Positions 46,309 through 57,168 of a stretch of DNA of 64,000 nucleotides are shown here, one piece after another. Source of the stretch: an uncultured Eubacteriales bacterium (GTDB lineage: Bacteria > Bacillota > Clostridia > Christensenellales > CAG-314); the NCBI GenBank assembly GCA_948938605.1, contig CARAIG010000073.1, forward strand, positions 6,432-70,431, given 5' to 3'. The translations under genes and the position numbers were made by a program. The notes beneath the pieces were generated by a model. The model ran no database searches, was not told the DNA's origin, and worked only from the letters and a program-made list of their open reading frames with translations. The number at the start of each line of letters is the position of its first letter. The first letter of the stretch is position 1.

Positions 46309-49300
46309 GTAAAAATTACGGTACTCCTTACACAACTTCACAACGTCAGGTAATCGAAAGCAGGGGGCGGGATATGTTAGTGTCCGCTTCTGCCGGTACG
46401 GGTAAAACTACGGTAATGATAGAACGTATTGCGCAACTGTTGGAAAAGGACGCGGACATATCCGAAATAGTGGTGGTAACGTTTACCAATCTTGCCGCCG
46501 CCGAAATGAAAAACCGTCTTGCAGTCAAACTGTCGGCTAAGCGCGGCGACAAGCGTATGATAGACCAACTTGAACGTATCGATTCGGCAAATATATGCAC
46601 ATTGCACTCATTTTGCGGCGAACTGCTGCGTAACTATTTTTACGTTGCGGATATCGATCCGTCGTATACTATACTCGATTCGAATTTAATTGCAAATCTT
46701 CGGCAGTCGGCAATGGACGAAGTCTTTTTGCAGTATTATGCCGAAAAAGACGAAGTGTTTAAACAAGTATACAAAATATTTGCCGCAAACAGACAGCAAT
46801 CAAATTTTTACGACGTATTGTTCCAACTTTACGAATTTTCCCGCTGCATTGCGGATTTTAACGGATGGTACAAGGAAAAACGTCAAAACCTTTTAAACTT
46901 GCAGGAAGACGGCGTTATTATTTCAACGTTGTTTGACGACTTGAAAAAGACGGTAAATTATTACCGCGAATCGTTTGCCAAGCTGTATTGCGATGCAACC
47001 GAGCAACAACTTGCGTTTGCTAACATAATAAAGGAAAACGCCGACAAGTTCAGCACTATCCGACTTGACAGTTTCGAACACGCATTGTTTGATACGTACA
47101 AGACGGATATTACTCCGTTGCCCCGCAAAAACAACGCAAAAAAGAGCGAATTGGAAAAGGAAACGGAAAACGCCGTTCGTGACAACTTTGCCCGCCTTGC
47201 CGACAGGTACAAGCAGTATTACAAAAAAACGGCTAATTTGTGCCGCGGACTGGATATGCAAACGTTATGCAACCAAACTTTGCAAACAGTGGCGCAGTTG
47301 GACAAACTTGTGGAAATTATCGACCGTTTCGATAAAATATATTTTCAATCTAAAAAGGAACGCGGCGGCGTTGACTTTAACGACTTGGAACATTTGACTT
47401 TAAAAATACTTGACGATGCTGAAGCGTACCAAGCAATCAAAGCCAATTGCAAATATATTTTCGTTGACGAATATCAAGATACAAACCCTATACAGGAAGC
47501 AATTGTCGCGCGTCTGGCAAGCATCAACGGTCTGTTTATGGTAGGGGACGTCAAACAATCCATTTACGGTTTCCGCGGTTGCGAACCTAACATATTCGCC
47601 GACAAGGAAAAACGTTTTGAAAACGACGGGCAGGGGGAAGTCGTGCGTTTAAACGACAACTTCCGCAGCAATGTTGACATTTTGGATTTTGTCAATGTTG
47701 TATTTTCCGCCGTAATGACCGACGATTTCGGCAAAGTCAACTATAAGCAGGACGCTTGCTTAAACGGCGTAAATAAACCCGCACTTACGCAAACGCCGTC
47801 GGTACGCGTGGATTTCGTTACTCCTGCAACCGTCGACAAGGATGACGACGAAGATATCGGCATTTACGATATTACTGCCGAAACGGATGCGGTAACCGTC
47901 GACCGCGAAGCGGCGCTTGTCGTCAAACGCATTAAACAGTATGTCGGAATGCGCTATACCGACAGCAAGGGGAATGAGCAGATTATCGGCTACGGCGACG
48001 TAGTAATACTTTTGCGTACTTTTAAGGATAAGGCTGTAAGCATATACAATGCGTTAATTTCCGCTAATATTCCCGTCGTTGCCAATTTTAATATGGACGG
48101 TTATGCGTCTAAGGAAATACGCGACTTAATCAACCTTATGCGCGTGTTGGACAACCCGTACAACGATATATATTTGGTGGGCGTATGCCTAAGTTGTTTC
48201 GGCGGGTTTGACGAAAGCGAATTAGGGCTGATACGTTTAAACGACAGCGAACGGATGTCTTTTTACGACAGACTTAAACAGTACGCGCAAGACGGAAGCG
48301 ATGTCGGCATAGTAGAAAAATCTGTAAAATTACTTAAACTGTTGGAAAAACTGCGCTTTTATTCGCACGGGGCTTCGGTGAGCGAAACGGTATTGCAAAT
48401 TCTTAACCTTACGCAATACCGACTGTATGTTCAGGGGCTGCCCAACAGCGGACTCAGGCTACGTAAACTGTATAATTTCATCGATACCGTCAAGGACGCA
48501 AGTTATGCTCAAAGCATAGACAAATTTTTGTCTTATTTGGACAACTCGGAGGAAAACGTGCTGTCGGACAGCGTCGGCTCGACAAACGCCGTACGTATGA
48601 TGACGATGCACGCATCCAAGGGATTGGAATTCCCCGTAGTAATAATTGCCGATTTACAGCACTTATTCAAGCGCGATGACAAGCCGTTAATATGCAATTT
48701 CGATATGGGCATTGCAATGAATCACTACGATTTTACCTCAATGACTTTTGCGCCCACTCTTGCATTGCGCGCTTTAAGTATACGCAATTCCGTTAAAGAC
48801 GGCGAAGAACAAATGCGTTTGCTGTACGTAGCAATGACTCGCGCCAAGTACGCGTTAAACCTTATTGCAAGCACAACGGAAAAACAAATAAACGCAATGC
48901 CTTGTCTGCCTCAGCGCGCAACAAGCCATTTGGATTGGCTGTTGTATACAATCCGCAGCAAGTACGTTTTGTCCGCAAACGGTGAAATCGAAACCGTATT
49001 TAAAAACTCCCAATTGGAAATTAACGTTTGCAAGGATGTATCAAACGTTTCGGACGCGGATACGTTGCAACCAAAACTAGTCCGTCAGGAAACCGATATA
49101 AGTAAAATAGAAAAAAAACTCAATTACAAGTATCCGTATTTAGACCAACAATATATGCCTGCAAAAGTGGTAAGTTCGGCGTTGGACAAGGAGTACATAG
49201 GAGTAAACGAACAGTATGAAACAGCAATTGTTCAGGATAATGACCGCAACAAAATAGGCACCGCATACCACAAGGTGTATCAGTATGTTAATTACGATGC

Positions 49301-49733
49301 CGACCGCGAACAAATAAAGCAAACAATATTTTCCCTTGTAGCCGACGAACGTATAGAGCAACGCTTTGCCGACAAATTGGATATAGACTTAATTTACAAC
49401 ACTTTGCATAACGAGCAGTTGCGCAGTATCGTGGCAAAAGGAACCGTTTACCGCGAAATGCCTTTTATGCTTTATGCGCCTTACAATCAAGTGTCAAAAG
49501 ACGGCAAGTACACCGATGACGTAATGTTGCAAGGGGTAATAGACTTGCTTGTGTTGGGCAAGGACTGTGCCGCAGTCGTGGACTTTAAGTATACTTCGCA
49601 CAGTGACCGCATTAAACAAAACTATACCGCGCAGCTTAACAGTTACCGCCTTGCCGTACAGCAAATTTGCGGAATACAAAACGTCGACTGCTACGTACTG
49701 TCAATTGCGGATAATCTTATAATAAAGTTTTAG
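46305..49733 (+). CDS. addA: Helicase-exonuclease AddAB, subunit AddA (UvrD/Rep helicase plus nuclease)
   Basis: SASAGTGKTTVM Walker A, FVDEYQDTN, and a C-terminal RecB nuclease motif (GVIDLL..VVDFKY). Confidence 0.95.
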   Translation: MSKNYGTPYTTSQRQVIESRGRDMLVSASAGTGKTTVMIERIAQLLEKDADISEIVVVTFTNLAAAEMKNRLAVKLSAKRGDKRMIDQLERIDSANICTLHSFCGELLRNYFYVADIDPSYTILDSNLIANLRQSAMDEVFLQYYAEKDEVFKQVYKIFAANRQQSNFYDVLFQLYEFSRCIADFNGWYKEKRQNLLNLQEDGVIISTLFDDLKKTVNYYRESFAKLYCDATEQQLAFANIIKENADKFSTIRLDSFEHALFDTYKTDITPLPRKNNAKKSELEKETENAVRDNFARLADRYKQYYKKTANLCRGLDMQTLCNQTLQTVAQLDKLVEIIDRFDKIYFQSKKERGGVDFNDLEHLTLKILDDAEAYQAIKANCKYIFVDEYQDTNPIQEAIVARLASINGLFMVGDVKQSIYGFRGCEPNIFADKEKRFENDGQGEVVRLNDNFRSNVDILDFVNVVFSAVMTDDFGKVNYKQDACLNGVNKPALTQTPSVRVDFVTPATVDKDDDEDIGIYDITAETDAVTVDREAALVVKRIKQYVGMRYTDSKGNEQIIGYGDVVILLRTFKDKAVSIYNALISANIPVVANFNMDGYASKEIRDLINLMRVLDNPYNDIYLVGVCLSCFGGFDESELGLIRLNDSERMSFYDRLKQYAQDGSDVGIVEKSVKLLKLLEKLRFYSHGASVSETVLQILNLTQYRLYVQGLPNSGLRLRKLYNFIDTVKDASYAQSIDKFLSYLDNSEENVLSDSVGSTNAVRMMTMHASKGLEFPVVIIADLQHLFKRDDKPLICNFDMGIAMNHYDFTSMTFAPTLALRALSIRNSVKDGEEQMRLLYVAMTRAKYALNLIASTTEKQINAMPCLPQRATSHLDWLLYTIRSKYVLSANGEIETVFKNSQLEINVCKDVSNVSDADTLQPKLVRQETDISKIEKKLNYKYPYLDQQYMPAKVVSSALDKEYIGVNEQYETAIVQDNDRNKIGTAYHKVYQYVNYDADREQIKQTIFSLVADERIEQRFADKLDIDLIYNTLHNEQLRSIVAKGTVYREMPFMLYAPYNQVSKDGKYTDDVMLQGVIDLLVLGKDCAAVVDFKYTSHSDRIKQNYTAQLNSYRLAVQQICGIQNVDCYVLSIADNLIIKF

Positions 49734-49742
49734 GTATATGTA

Positions 49743-49778
49743 AAAAACGGAGTGTAATTAGTTGCGCTCCGTTTTTTG
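49743..49778. terminator. Bidirectional intrinsic terminator (addA / 49815 gene)
   Basis: aaacggagtgt...gcgctccgttt stem flanked by an A-run and a T-run. Confidence 0.8.
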
Positions 49779-49814
49779 ACGTTATTGAATTTGACAGGAT
49801 TTGATAAACAATAT

Positions 49815-50540
49815 TTAAGCCTTTGTATACGATTGCAGCAATCCGTTTAACGCTCCGTTAAGTTTGCGTTGCTGTTCGACTGTGCGTTCGCCGTTAAGTC
49901 CTTTTTCGTGTAACAGTTGCGAAGCGCGTTCGAACACCGCATTGGTTGGTTGGCACTTATTCAGTTCGCGTATCTGTTTTACCGTTTCTTCTACGTTTTG
50001 GGGTTGTTGTGCTTGTTCGGTGCCTACTGCGCGGTTAAGTTCGTTGACAAAACGGGCAAATACTTGTTTTGCTTTGCGTTCGTGCAGTTTTGCAATTTGA
50101 CTGTCCGCTATTGTTACCAATGTAAACGCCAGCCAAAACACTATTTGGAAAATAAGGTAGTCCGTTCGGCTTGTGTCGAATGCAAACGCTACAATGTACA
50201 AACTGCATAAAACAGCGGTAAAAATAAACAATCTAAGCAAACGCAAGCGGTTTTTTACCGGGACGAATTCGAACACTAAGGACGGCTGCTGCGCGTTACC
50301 GTTTGTGTAGGCACGCCATTGACGGCGGTATTCCTGCGGTAGGGTATTTACGAACTGTGCGGTTTTGTGCGGAAACGAACATATTTTACGCGTAACCGAC
50401 ATTACTTTTTTGTTGTGTCTGCGGTAAACGTTTTTGCAAAAATTTACAATGCAAAACAACGCTAAAAGGCAGGAAATTGTCGGCAGTAAAATGTAATCGT
50501 ACAGTGTTATAAAATCAAGAACGATGTGGATGTATTTCAT
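49815..50540 (-). CDS. Hypothetical membrane protein
   Basis: GGAGG RBS, several TM helices, and a coiled/charged C-terminus. No recognisable family. Confidence 0.6.
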   Translation of the reverse strand: MKYIHIVLDFITLYDYILLPTISCLLALFCIVNFCKNVYRRHNKKVMSVTRKICSFPHKTAQFVNTLPQEYRRQWRAYTNGNAQQPSLVFEFVPVKNRLRLLRLFIFTAVLCSLYIVAFAFDTSRTDYLIFQIVFWLAFTLVTIADSQIAKLHERKAKQVFARFVNELNRAVGTEQAQQPQNVEETVKQIRELNKCQPTNAVFERASQLLHEKGLNGERTVEQQRKLNGALNGLLQSYTKA

Positions 50541-50639
50541 TGTGACCTCCGATATATTACTTTACAAAAATTGTTGCCACAACTAATACCGTTTAAACAT
50601 AGACCAACCATATTTTAACTTGCAAAGTTTTGCTAACAG

Positions 50640-50668
50640 TTGTATCTCAACGCAAAATATGGTATACT
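50640..50668 (+). promoter_or_regulatory. Putative uvrC promoter (-35 TTGTAT, 17 bp, extended -10 TGgTATACT), 6 nt before the ATG
   Basis: TTGTAT at 50640-50645, TGg at 50660-50662, TATACT at 50663-50668, ATG at 50675, no SD. Confidence 0.5.
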
Positions 50669-50674
50669 CAATTT

Positions 50675-52501
50675 ATGATTCAATCTGTCGACTTGCAAAC
50701 AAAACTTAAAAACTTGCCAAACGAACCCGGCGTATACATAATGTACGACGTTGACGGCAACATTTTGTATGTGGGCAAAGCTAAAATTCTTAAAAACCGC
50801 GTACGGCAGTATTTCCACTCGTCCACTAAAAAAACGGATAAAGTGTTGGCGATGCTTTCGCACGTTCACGATTTCCGATACATTATTACCGCAAGCGAAG
50901 CGGACGCGTTAAGTTTGGAAAACACTCTTATAAAAAAGCACACTCCCCCTTACAACATTCTGTTAAAGGACGACAAACAGTACCCGTATATCAAGGTGGA
51001 TTTATCCGCCGATTTCCCTAAATTTATAGGCACTCGCAAATTGGCGCGCGACAAATACAAATATTTCGGACCTATAACGCAAGGGGGCATTAAGTCCTTT
51101 ATGGACATACTGTCGTCGGCGTTTCCCACAATTACTTGCAACAACAACTTTAACAAACTGCCTAAAAATTTCCGTCCTTGCTTAAATTACCACATAGGCA
51201 AATGTATGGCGCCGTGCATAGGCAATATAAGTAAAGCCGACTACCGTAAAATAGTAAACCGCGCGGTTGCGTTTTTGTCGGGCGACGACGATGAAGTAAA
51301 ACAAGCGTTAACGGAAAAAATGCTTCAAGCAAGCGAAAAAATGCTGTACGAACAAGCATTGACATATAAGCGGTATTTGGAACTGATAGACAAAATTTCG
51401 CAGCAGCGTATTGTGGTGCTGAACAAGTTTGTCGATTACGATATGTTTGCGGTGGCAAGTAACGGCAATAACTGCGTTGTCAACCACACTATGATACGGG
51501 GCGGCAAAGTAATATTTTCGCAAAACAACGCCGTATCCGACGCAGGTATAGACGAAGCCCAAACGCTGTCGAGTTTCCTTGCCGAGTATTGCGATATGGT
51601 AAAATTGTCGTCGGAAATTTACACTAACTTACCCTTGCCCGACGAAGAAGATTTGGCAAATTTAATCACAACAAAAACAGGCGTAAAAACCGTTATACAT
51701 TGCCCGCAAAAGCAGGACAAAAAACGGCTTGTGGATATGTCCTACCGCAACGCGGTGGAATACTTAACTAAAAGCCAAACCGCGCTCGACAAAAAATTTA
51801 ACGAAACGCACGGGGCGGTGCTGCAACTTAAAGAATTGCTGCACTTGTCCGTTATGCCCAAACGCGTCGAGTGTTACGACATATCCAACGTTCAGGGCGT
51901 GGACAAGGTTGCAAGTATGGTAGTGTTTACCAACGGTCAAAAGGACGCGTCGCAATACCGCCGTTTCCGCATAAAGACTGTGGAAGGCGCAAACGACTTT
52001 GCCAGCATGAAGGAAGTGCTAACGCGTAGGTTCGAACGTATGAAAGCGGACGACGGCGTGTTTGGCAAAACTCCCGATTTGATAGTTGTCGACGGCGGTT
52101 TGGGACAGTTGGATTACGCCCGTCAAGCAATGGAAGAATGCGGCGTAAACGTGCAGCTTGTGTCGCTAGCCAAGCGCGAGGAACTTGTTTATACGCTAAA
52201 CAGTCGCGAACCCGTCATACTTCCGCGTAACAGTTACGCGCTTAATTTGTTAATCAATATCCGCGACGAATCGCACCGTTTTGCTATTACGTACTTCCGC
52301 AAACTGCACAACAAAAGCAGTATTAAGTCGGTTTTGCAAGACGTCGACGGCATAGGCGAAAAACGCCGTATCGAGCTTCACCGCCATTTCAAATCGATGG
52401 ACAATTTAAAAAACGCCACCGTAGACGAAATAGCTTCGGTAAAGGGAATGACACGACCAACTGCGGAAAAACTGTATGCATTTTTGCATAACGGCGCTTA
52501 G
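50675..52501 (+). CDS. uvrC: Excinuclease ABC subunit C
   Basis: LPNEPGVYIMYDVDGNILYVGKAKILKNRVRQYF GIY-YIG domain and C-terminal HhH. Confidence 0.95.
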   Translation: MIQSVDLQTKLKNLPNEPGVYIMYDVDGNILYVGKAKILKNRVRQYFHSSTKKTDKVLAMLSHVHDFRYIITASEADALSLENTLIKKHTPPYNILLKDDKQYPYIKVDLSADFPKFIGTRKLARDKYKYFGPITQGGIKSFMDILSSAFPTITCNNNFNKLPKNFRPCLNYHIGKCMAPCIGNISKADYRKIVNRAVAFLSGDDDEVKQALTEKMLQASEKMLYEQALTYKRYLELIDKISQQRIVVLNKFVDYDMFAVASNGNNCVVNHTMIRGGKVIFSQNNAVSDAGIDEAQTLSSFLAEYCDMVKLSSEIYTNLPLPDEEDLANLITTKTGVKTVIHCPQKQDKKRLVDMSYRNAVEYLTKSQTALDKKFNETHGAVLQLKELLHLSVMPKRVECYDISNVQGVDKVASMVVFTNGQKDASQYRRFRIKTVEGANDFASMKEVLTRRFERMKADDGVFGKTPDLIVVDGGLGQLDYARQAMEECGVNVQLVSLAKREELVYTLNSREPVILPRNSYALNLLINIRDESHRFAITYFRKLHNKSSIKSVLQDVDGIGEKRRIELHRHFKSMDNLKNATVDEIASVKGMTRPTAEKLYAFLHNGA

Positions 52502-52858
52502 CTAAACTGTATGCCGTAGATTGAGCGGTAAAAAATGTAAATATAAAATGTTCTTGACTTCAATAAACAGTCGGGAACATTTTTTTGAATTAAATATTTA
52601 TAATCGTCCCGTGGCATTTATTAGGCGTTTATTAAAGACTTTTGTTCCTACAAAAACGGCGGTGTAAAGTAGTTAATTAATATAAAATTCTGTTACAAAC
52701 GGGATGTATGACGTGGCAAAATATTCGTTTTTTGTGTATTTCACTTATTCAAAATGTCTTTTTTGTCCATAAAAAAGATTGTCTTTGATATGTACTTTGG
52801 AATTGTCGCTATGATATAATTCAAGCGTGTAAAAAAATTCAATACGCTAGGAGCGGCT

Positions 52859-53830
52859 ATGATTAACACTGAATTCATAAAGAAAATGGAATGTACGGGA
52901 ATTGTACCCGTTATAAAATTGCAAAATACCGCCGACGCACCAATGTTGGCAAAAGCGTTGCACGAGGGCGGTATCCGTTGTGCGGAAGTAACTTTTCGTG
53001 CCGAGGGCGCCGACAAAGTCATTGCCGATATGATAAAAGCCTACCCCGATATGTTGGTTGGAGCGGGAACAGTCTTGACTACGGAGCAAGTAGATAAAGC
53101 GGTTGCTGCCGGAGCAATGTTTTGCGTTGCTCCGGGATTTAACCAAAAGGTAGTGCAACATTGTTTAAACAAAGGCGTACCGTTTATACCGGGCGTTGCA
53201 AACGGCAGTCAAATAGAGCAAGCTTTGGATTTGGGTTTGAATTTCGTAAAGTTTTTCCCTGCCGAACAAGCAGGCGGTCTATCTTATATTAAAGCTGTAT
53301 CAGCACCGTACTCCAATGTGTATTTTATGCCGACGGGCGGCATTAACGAAAACAATATTAACAACTATTTGGCAAATCCAAAGGTGGTTTGTTGCGGCGG
53401 AAGTTGGATAGTTCCCGATAAATCGGTTAATGAACAGCGTTGGCAGGAAATTACCGAATTGTGCAAAAATGCCGTCAACAAAATGCTAAACTTTAAGTTT
53501 GCGCATTTAGGAATCAATTGCAACGGCGATGAAATTGCAAAGGGGTGCGCGAAAAACTTTGAACAAACATTTGGCTTTACCGCGAACGAAAGAAGTAAAA
53601 GTTTTTTTGCGGGCAGCACAATAGAGTGCATGAAGTCTGTCGGCAAGGGACAAACGGGACATATTGCAATTTCCACTCCCAATGTAATGCGCGCGGTATA
53701 TCACTTGGCGCTTAACGGCATCAAGGCGGATATGTCCACTGCAAAATACGATTCCAACGGCAAAATGAATTTTGTGTATCTAAAAAACGACATCGGCGGT
53801 TTTGCAATACATCTTATAGAAGAAAAATAA
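52859..53830 (+). CDS. eda: KDPG/KHG aldolase (Eda) with an extra roughly 110-aa C-terminal domain
   Basis: GIVPVIK..., EVTFR, GAGTVL, VKFFPA, MPTGGI aldolase blocks, then a VOC/glyoxalase-like tail FAHLGINC...GHIAIST...FAIHLIE. Confidence 0.85.
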   Translation: MINTEFIKKMECTGIVPVIKLQNTADAPMLAKALHEGGIRCAEVTFRAEGADKVIADMIKAYPDMLVGAGTVLTTEQVDKAVAAGAMFCVAPGFNQKVVQHCLNKGVPFIPGVANGSQIEQALDLGLNFVKFFPAEQAGGLSYIKAVSAPYSNVYFMPTGGINENNINNYLANPKVVCCGGSWIVPDKSVNEQRWQEITELCKNAVNKMLNFKFAHLGINCNGDEIAKGCAKNFEQTFGFTANERSKSFFAGSTIECMKSVGKGQTGHIAISTPNVMRAVYHLALNGIKADMSTAKYDSNGKMNFVYLKNDIGGFAIHLIEEK

Positions 53831-53845
53831 ATTTAAGGGGAAATT

Positions 53846-54868
53846 ATGGCAAAAGTAGTAACTATGGGCGAAATTATGCTTCGCCTTTCAACAAACGGAT
53901 TTAAACGTTTTACGCAAAGTGACAATTTTGACGTCGTTTACGGTGGCGGTGAGGCAAACGTTGCCGTTTCCTTGGCTAATTACGGACACGACGCTTATTT
54001 CTTGACAAAGCTTCCCGCGCACGAAATAGGAACGTGCGCAGTTAACAGTTTACGCCAATTTGGCGTAAAAACCGATTTTATTGCACGTGGCGGAGACCGC
54101 GTAGGTATTTACTTTTTGGAAACGGGGGCGTCTATGCGTCCGTCTAAGGTAATTTATGACCGCGCTCACAGTGCAATTGCCGAAGCCAAGCCCGAAGATT
54201 TCAATTTTGACGAAATATTTGAAGATGCCGAATGGTTCCATTTTACAGGTATTACTCCCGCATTAGGTAAGGACGCACAAAAACTTATATTGACGGCGCT
54301 TACCGCTGCAAAAGCGCACGGCGTAACCGTATCGGTGGATTTAAACTATCGTAAAAAGTTGTGGACTCCTCAACAAGCAAGGAAGTGTATGACCGAATTA
54401 ATGCAATATGTCGATGTGTGCATAGGCAATGAGGAGGACGCCGAAAAGTGTTTAGGTTTTAAACCTGCGCAAACCGACGTTACTGCGGGCGATTTGAAGT
54501 TGGACGGTTATAAGGACATTTTTAAAAGAATGCACGAACAATTCGGGTTTAAATACATTGCCACAAGTTTGCGCGAATCTTACTCCGCAAGCGACAACGG
54601 TTGGAGCGCGTTGGCTTACGACGGAAACGAGTTTTATTCTTCTAAAAAATATGACATCCGTATTGTGGACAGAGTTGGCGGAGGAGACAGTTTTTCGGGA
54701 GGATTTATTCACGGGCTTTTAAAGTATAACGACTATAAAAAAGCATTGGAGTTTGCCGTGGCTGCCAGTGCGTTAAAGCACACTATACCGGGTGATTTTA
54801 ATTTAGTAAGCGAAAGCGAAGCGGAGTCGTTAATGAACGGGGACGCATCCGGCAGAGTTCAAAGATAA
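53846..54868 (+). CDS. kdgK: 2-dehydro-3-deoxygluconokinase (PfkB family)
   Basis: VVTMGEIMLRL...GGGEANVAVSLA...DRVGGGDSFSGGFIHG. Confidence 0.9.
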   Translation: MAKVVTMGEIMLRLSTNGFKRFTQSDNFDVVYGGGEANVAVSLANYGHDAYFLTKLPAHEIGTCAVNSLRQFGVKTDFIARGGDRVGIYFLETGASMRPSKVIYDRAHSAIAEAKPEDFNFDEIFEDAEWFHFTGITPALGKDAQKLILTALTAAKAHGVTVSVDLNYRKKLWTPQQARKCMTELMQYVDVCIGNEEDAEKCLGFKPAQTDVTAGDLKLDGYKDIFKRMHEQFGFKYIATSLRESYSASDNGWSALAYDGNEFYSSKKYDIRIVDRVGGGDSFSGGFIHGLLKYNDYKKALEFAVAASALKHTIPGDFNLVSESEAESLMNGDASGRVQR

Positions 54869-54904
54869 TAATGTAACATCTATATTAAACAAACGGGATA
54901 AATT

Positions 54905-56293
54905 ATGAAACAATTTTTAGATAAAGATTTTTTATTGGAAACGGAAACCGCAAAAATCCTGTACCATAATTATGCGGCAAAAATGCCGATTTTCGACTTC
55001 CATTGTCACTTGTCTTGCAAGGATATATTTGAAGACAGGCAGTATTCTTCAATTACACAGCTTTGGCTTGGCGAAGATCACTACAAATGGCGTCTTATGC
55101 GCGAAATGGGCGTCGAAGAAGAATATATTACGGGCAATAAAAGCGATTTTGAAAAATTCCAAAAATATGCCGAAACTATACAGTACGCAATAGGTAACCC
55201 GATTTATCATTGGACCCATTTGGAATTGCGCCGCTATTTTGATATATACGATATTCTTTCGCCGAAAACGGCAAGGAAAATATACGACGAAGCCAACGGT
55301 AAATTGCAGAGTCTTACCGTGCGCACTCTTATCGAAAAAAGCAATGTAAAAAAGATTTTTACTACCGACGACCCGATAGACGATTTAATTTGGCACAAAC
55401 GGTTAGCGGAAGAAAATTATAAAACGGAAGTAAAACCCACTTTCCGACCGGACAAAAGTTTAAATATCCAACTGCCTTCATATGCGGAATATATGTCGGC
55501 ATTGGGTCAGGTGACCGGTATAAAAATTGACGGGATAAAATCCCTTTTACAAGCTTTGGAAAACAGGATAAACTATTTTGCGGATGTCGGCTGTGTTTGC
55601 GCCGACCATGCTCTCGACGAAGTAATGTTTTTACCCGCAACTGAGAAGGAAGCGGATGTAATAGTAAAAAAAGCATTGTGCGGCAAACAACTTAATGTTG
55701 ATGAAATCGAACGTTATAAAGGCTTTTTGTTGACGTTTTTAGGCAGACAGTATCACTCGCGCGGCTGGGTACAACAATATCACATAGGCGCGCTGCGTAA
55801 TGTGTCCACAGCAAAATTCAACGCTTTGGGTGCCGATTGCGGTTGCGATACGATAGGTGACAAAACCTTTGCAAGCAAACTTTCGCAAATTTTAGACAGT
55901 CTTGAACGAACAAACCAACTTCCCAAAACCATTTTGTATTGTCTTAACCCTCGCGATAACGAAGTTATTGCAACAATGATGAATTGTTTTCAACAAGGCG
56001 GAATTGCGGGTAAAATGCAATACGGTTCGGCGTGGTGGTTTAACGACCAAAAAGACGGTATGTGCCGTCAAATGGAAACCCTTATGCAAGTGGGGCTTTT
56101 TAGTAAATTTGTGGGAATGCTTACCGACAGTCGCAGTTTTCTTTCGTATGCCCGTCACGAATATTTTCGCAGGATTTTATGCAATAAGTTGGCAAGTTTG
56201 ATTGAAAACGGCGAGTATCCTTGCGATGTGGAATTTGTCGGCGGAGTCGTTTGCGATATTTGCTACAATAATGCTGAAAAGTATTTTAAATAG
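54905..56293 (+). CDS. uxaC: Glucuronate isomerase
   Basis: FLDKDFLL...MPIFDFHCHL...EDHYKWRLMR signature. Confidence 0.95.
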   Translation: MKQFLDKDFLLETETAKILYHNYAAKMPIFDFHCHLSCKDIFEDRQYSSITQLWLGEDHYKWRLMREMGVEEEYITGNKSDFEKFQKYAETIQYAIGNPIYHWTHLELRRYFDIYDILSPKTARKIYDEANGKLQSLTVRTLIEKSNVKKIFTTDDPIDDLIWHKRLAEENYKTEVKPTFRPDKSLNIQLPSYAEYMSALGQVTGIKIDGIKSLLQALENRINYFADVGCVCADHALDEVMFLPATEKEADVIVKKALCGKQLNVDEIERYKGFLLTFLGRQYHSRGWVQQYHIGALRNVSTAKFNALGADCGCDTIGDKTFASKLSQILDSLERTNQLPKTILYCLNPRDNEVIATMMNCFQQGGIAGKMQYGSAWWFNDQKDGMCRQMETLMQVGLFSKFVGMLTDSRSFLSYARHEYFRRILCNKLASLIENGEYPCDVEFVGGVVCDICYNNAEKYFK

Positions 56294-56315
56294 AATTTAG
56301 GGCAAATGCGATGTA

Positions 56316-56343
56316 CAAAAAAGCCGTCGTAATACTCGACGGC
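56316..56343 (-). terminator. Intrinsic terminator after the AraC-family gene
   Basis: gccgtcg...cgacggc stem with a T-run on the minus strand. Confidence 0.6.
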
Positions 56344-56403
56344 AGGATTTGTTAAATATTCAATTTTAACATATTGATGCTTGCAAAAATTATACTCGCG
56401 TAT

Positions 56404-57168
56404 TTAACCGTTAGCGGGTGCCGACTTTGCAATTGCGGCATATTCTTTCGGTGAGCAGCCGAAGTGCTTTTTAAACACTCTGGAAAAATACAACGGCTCC
56501 TCGTATCCGCAAATTTGCGCTATCATACCTATATTGTATTCCGTTTGGTAAGACGATGCCAACATTTTTGCCGCTGTTTGCATACGGGTGTTGGTTAGAA
56601 AAACGTGCGGAGTAACTCCCATTTCGTTTTGAAACAGTTTGCGCAAATAGTCGTAGTTGAACGGTAGCGAACGCATAAATTTTTCCAAACTGTAATTGCA
56701 GTCGGGAAAGTTATTTAGTATATCTGATTTGATTATTTCCACCATTTGCGAAAGCGGCTTGTTGCTTTGAAACGCAATTATATAGTTGACGATTAAATCC
56801 CCCAAGGAAGAAATTATAAGTTGTCTTTTTTTTAGGGTGCTGTTATAGTAGTAATAAAAAGCGTCATAAAAAGTGTTTTTTATATGACGTTCACTGTCGT
56901 CGGATATCAATACGGGGGTTTTTTGCGGTAATGTTGCATTGCAGATATTCATATGGATATTTGTAAAACCCACATCGCTGTGATTGTTGTGCTGAACATA
57001 GGGCGGTATAATTACAATATCCCCCTTACCGTATTCTATTTTGGAATTATCTTCAAAAGTAAAAACCCCGTTGCCGCCGGTGCAGTACACTAATTCCCAA
57101 TTTTCGTGAAAATGCTGTGCTACATCGTAGGAATGAAAGTGCTTCGCTACGTAAACAATGTCGTTCAT
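56404..57168 (-). CDS. AraC-family transcriptional regulator (cupin plus HTH)
   Basis: N-terminal cupin-like HFHENWELVY and a C-terminal AraC HTH (...GYEEPLYFSRVFKKHFGCSPKEY). Confidence 0.85.
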   Translation of the reverse strand: MNDIVYVAKHFHSYDVAQHFHENWELVYCTGGNGVFTFEDNSKIEYGKGDIVIIPPYVQHNNHSDVGFTNIHMNICNATLPQKTPVLISDDSERHIKNTFYDAFYYYYNSTLKKRQLIISSLGDLIVNYIIAFQSNKPLSQMVEIIKSDILNNFPDCNYSLEKFMRSLPFNYDYLRKLFQNEMGVTPHVFLTNTRMQTAAKMLASSYQTEYNIGMIAQICGYEEPLYFSRVFKKHFGCSPKEYAAIAKSAPANG

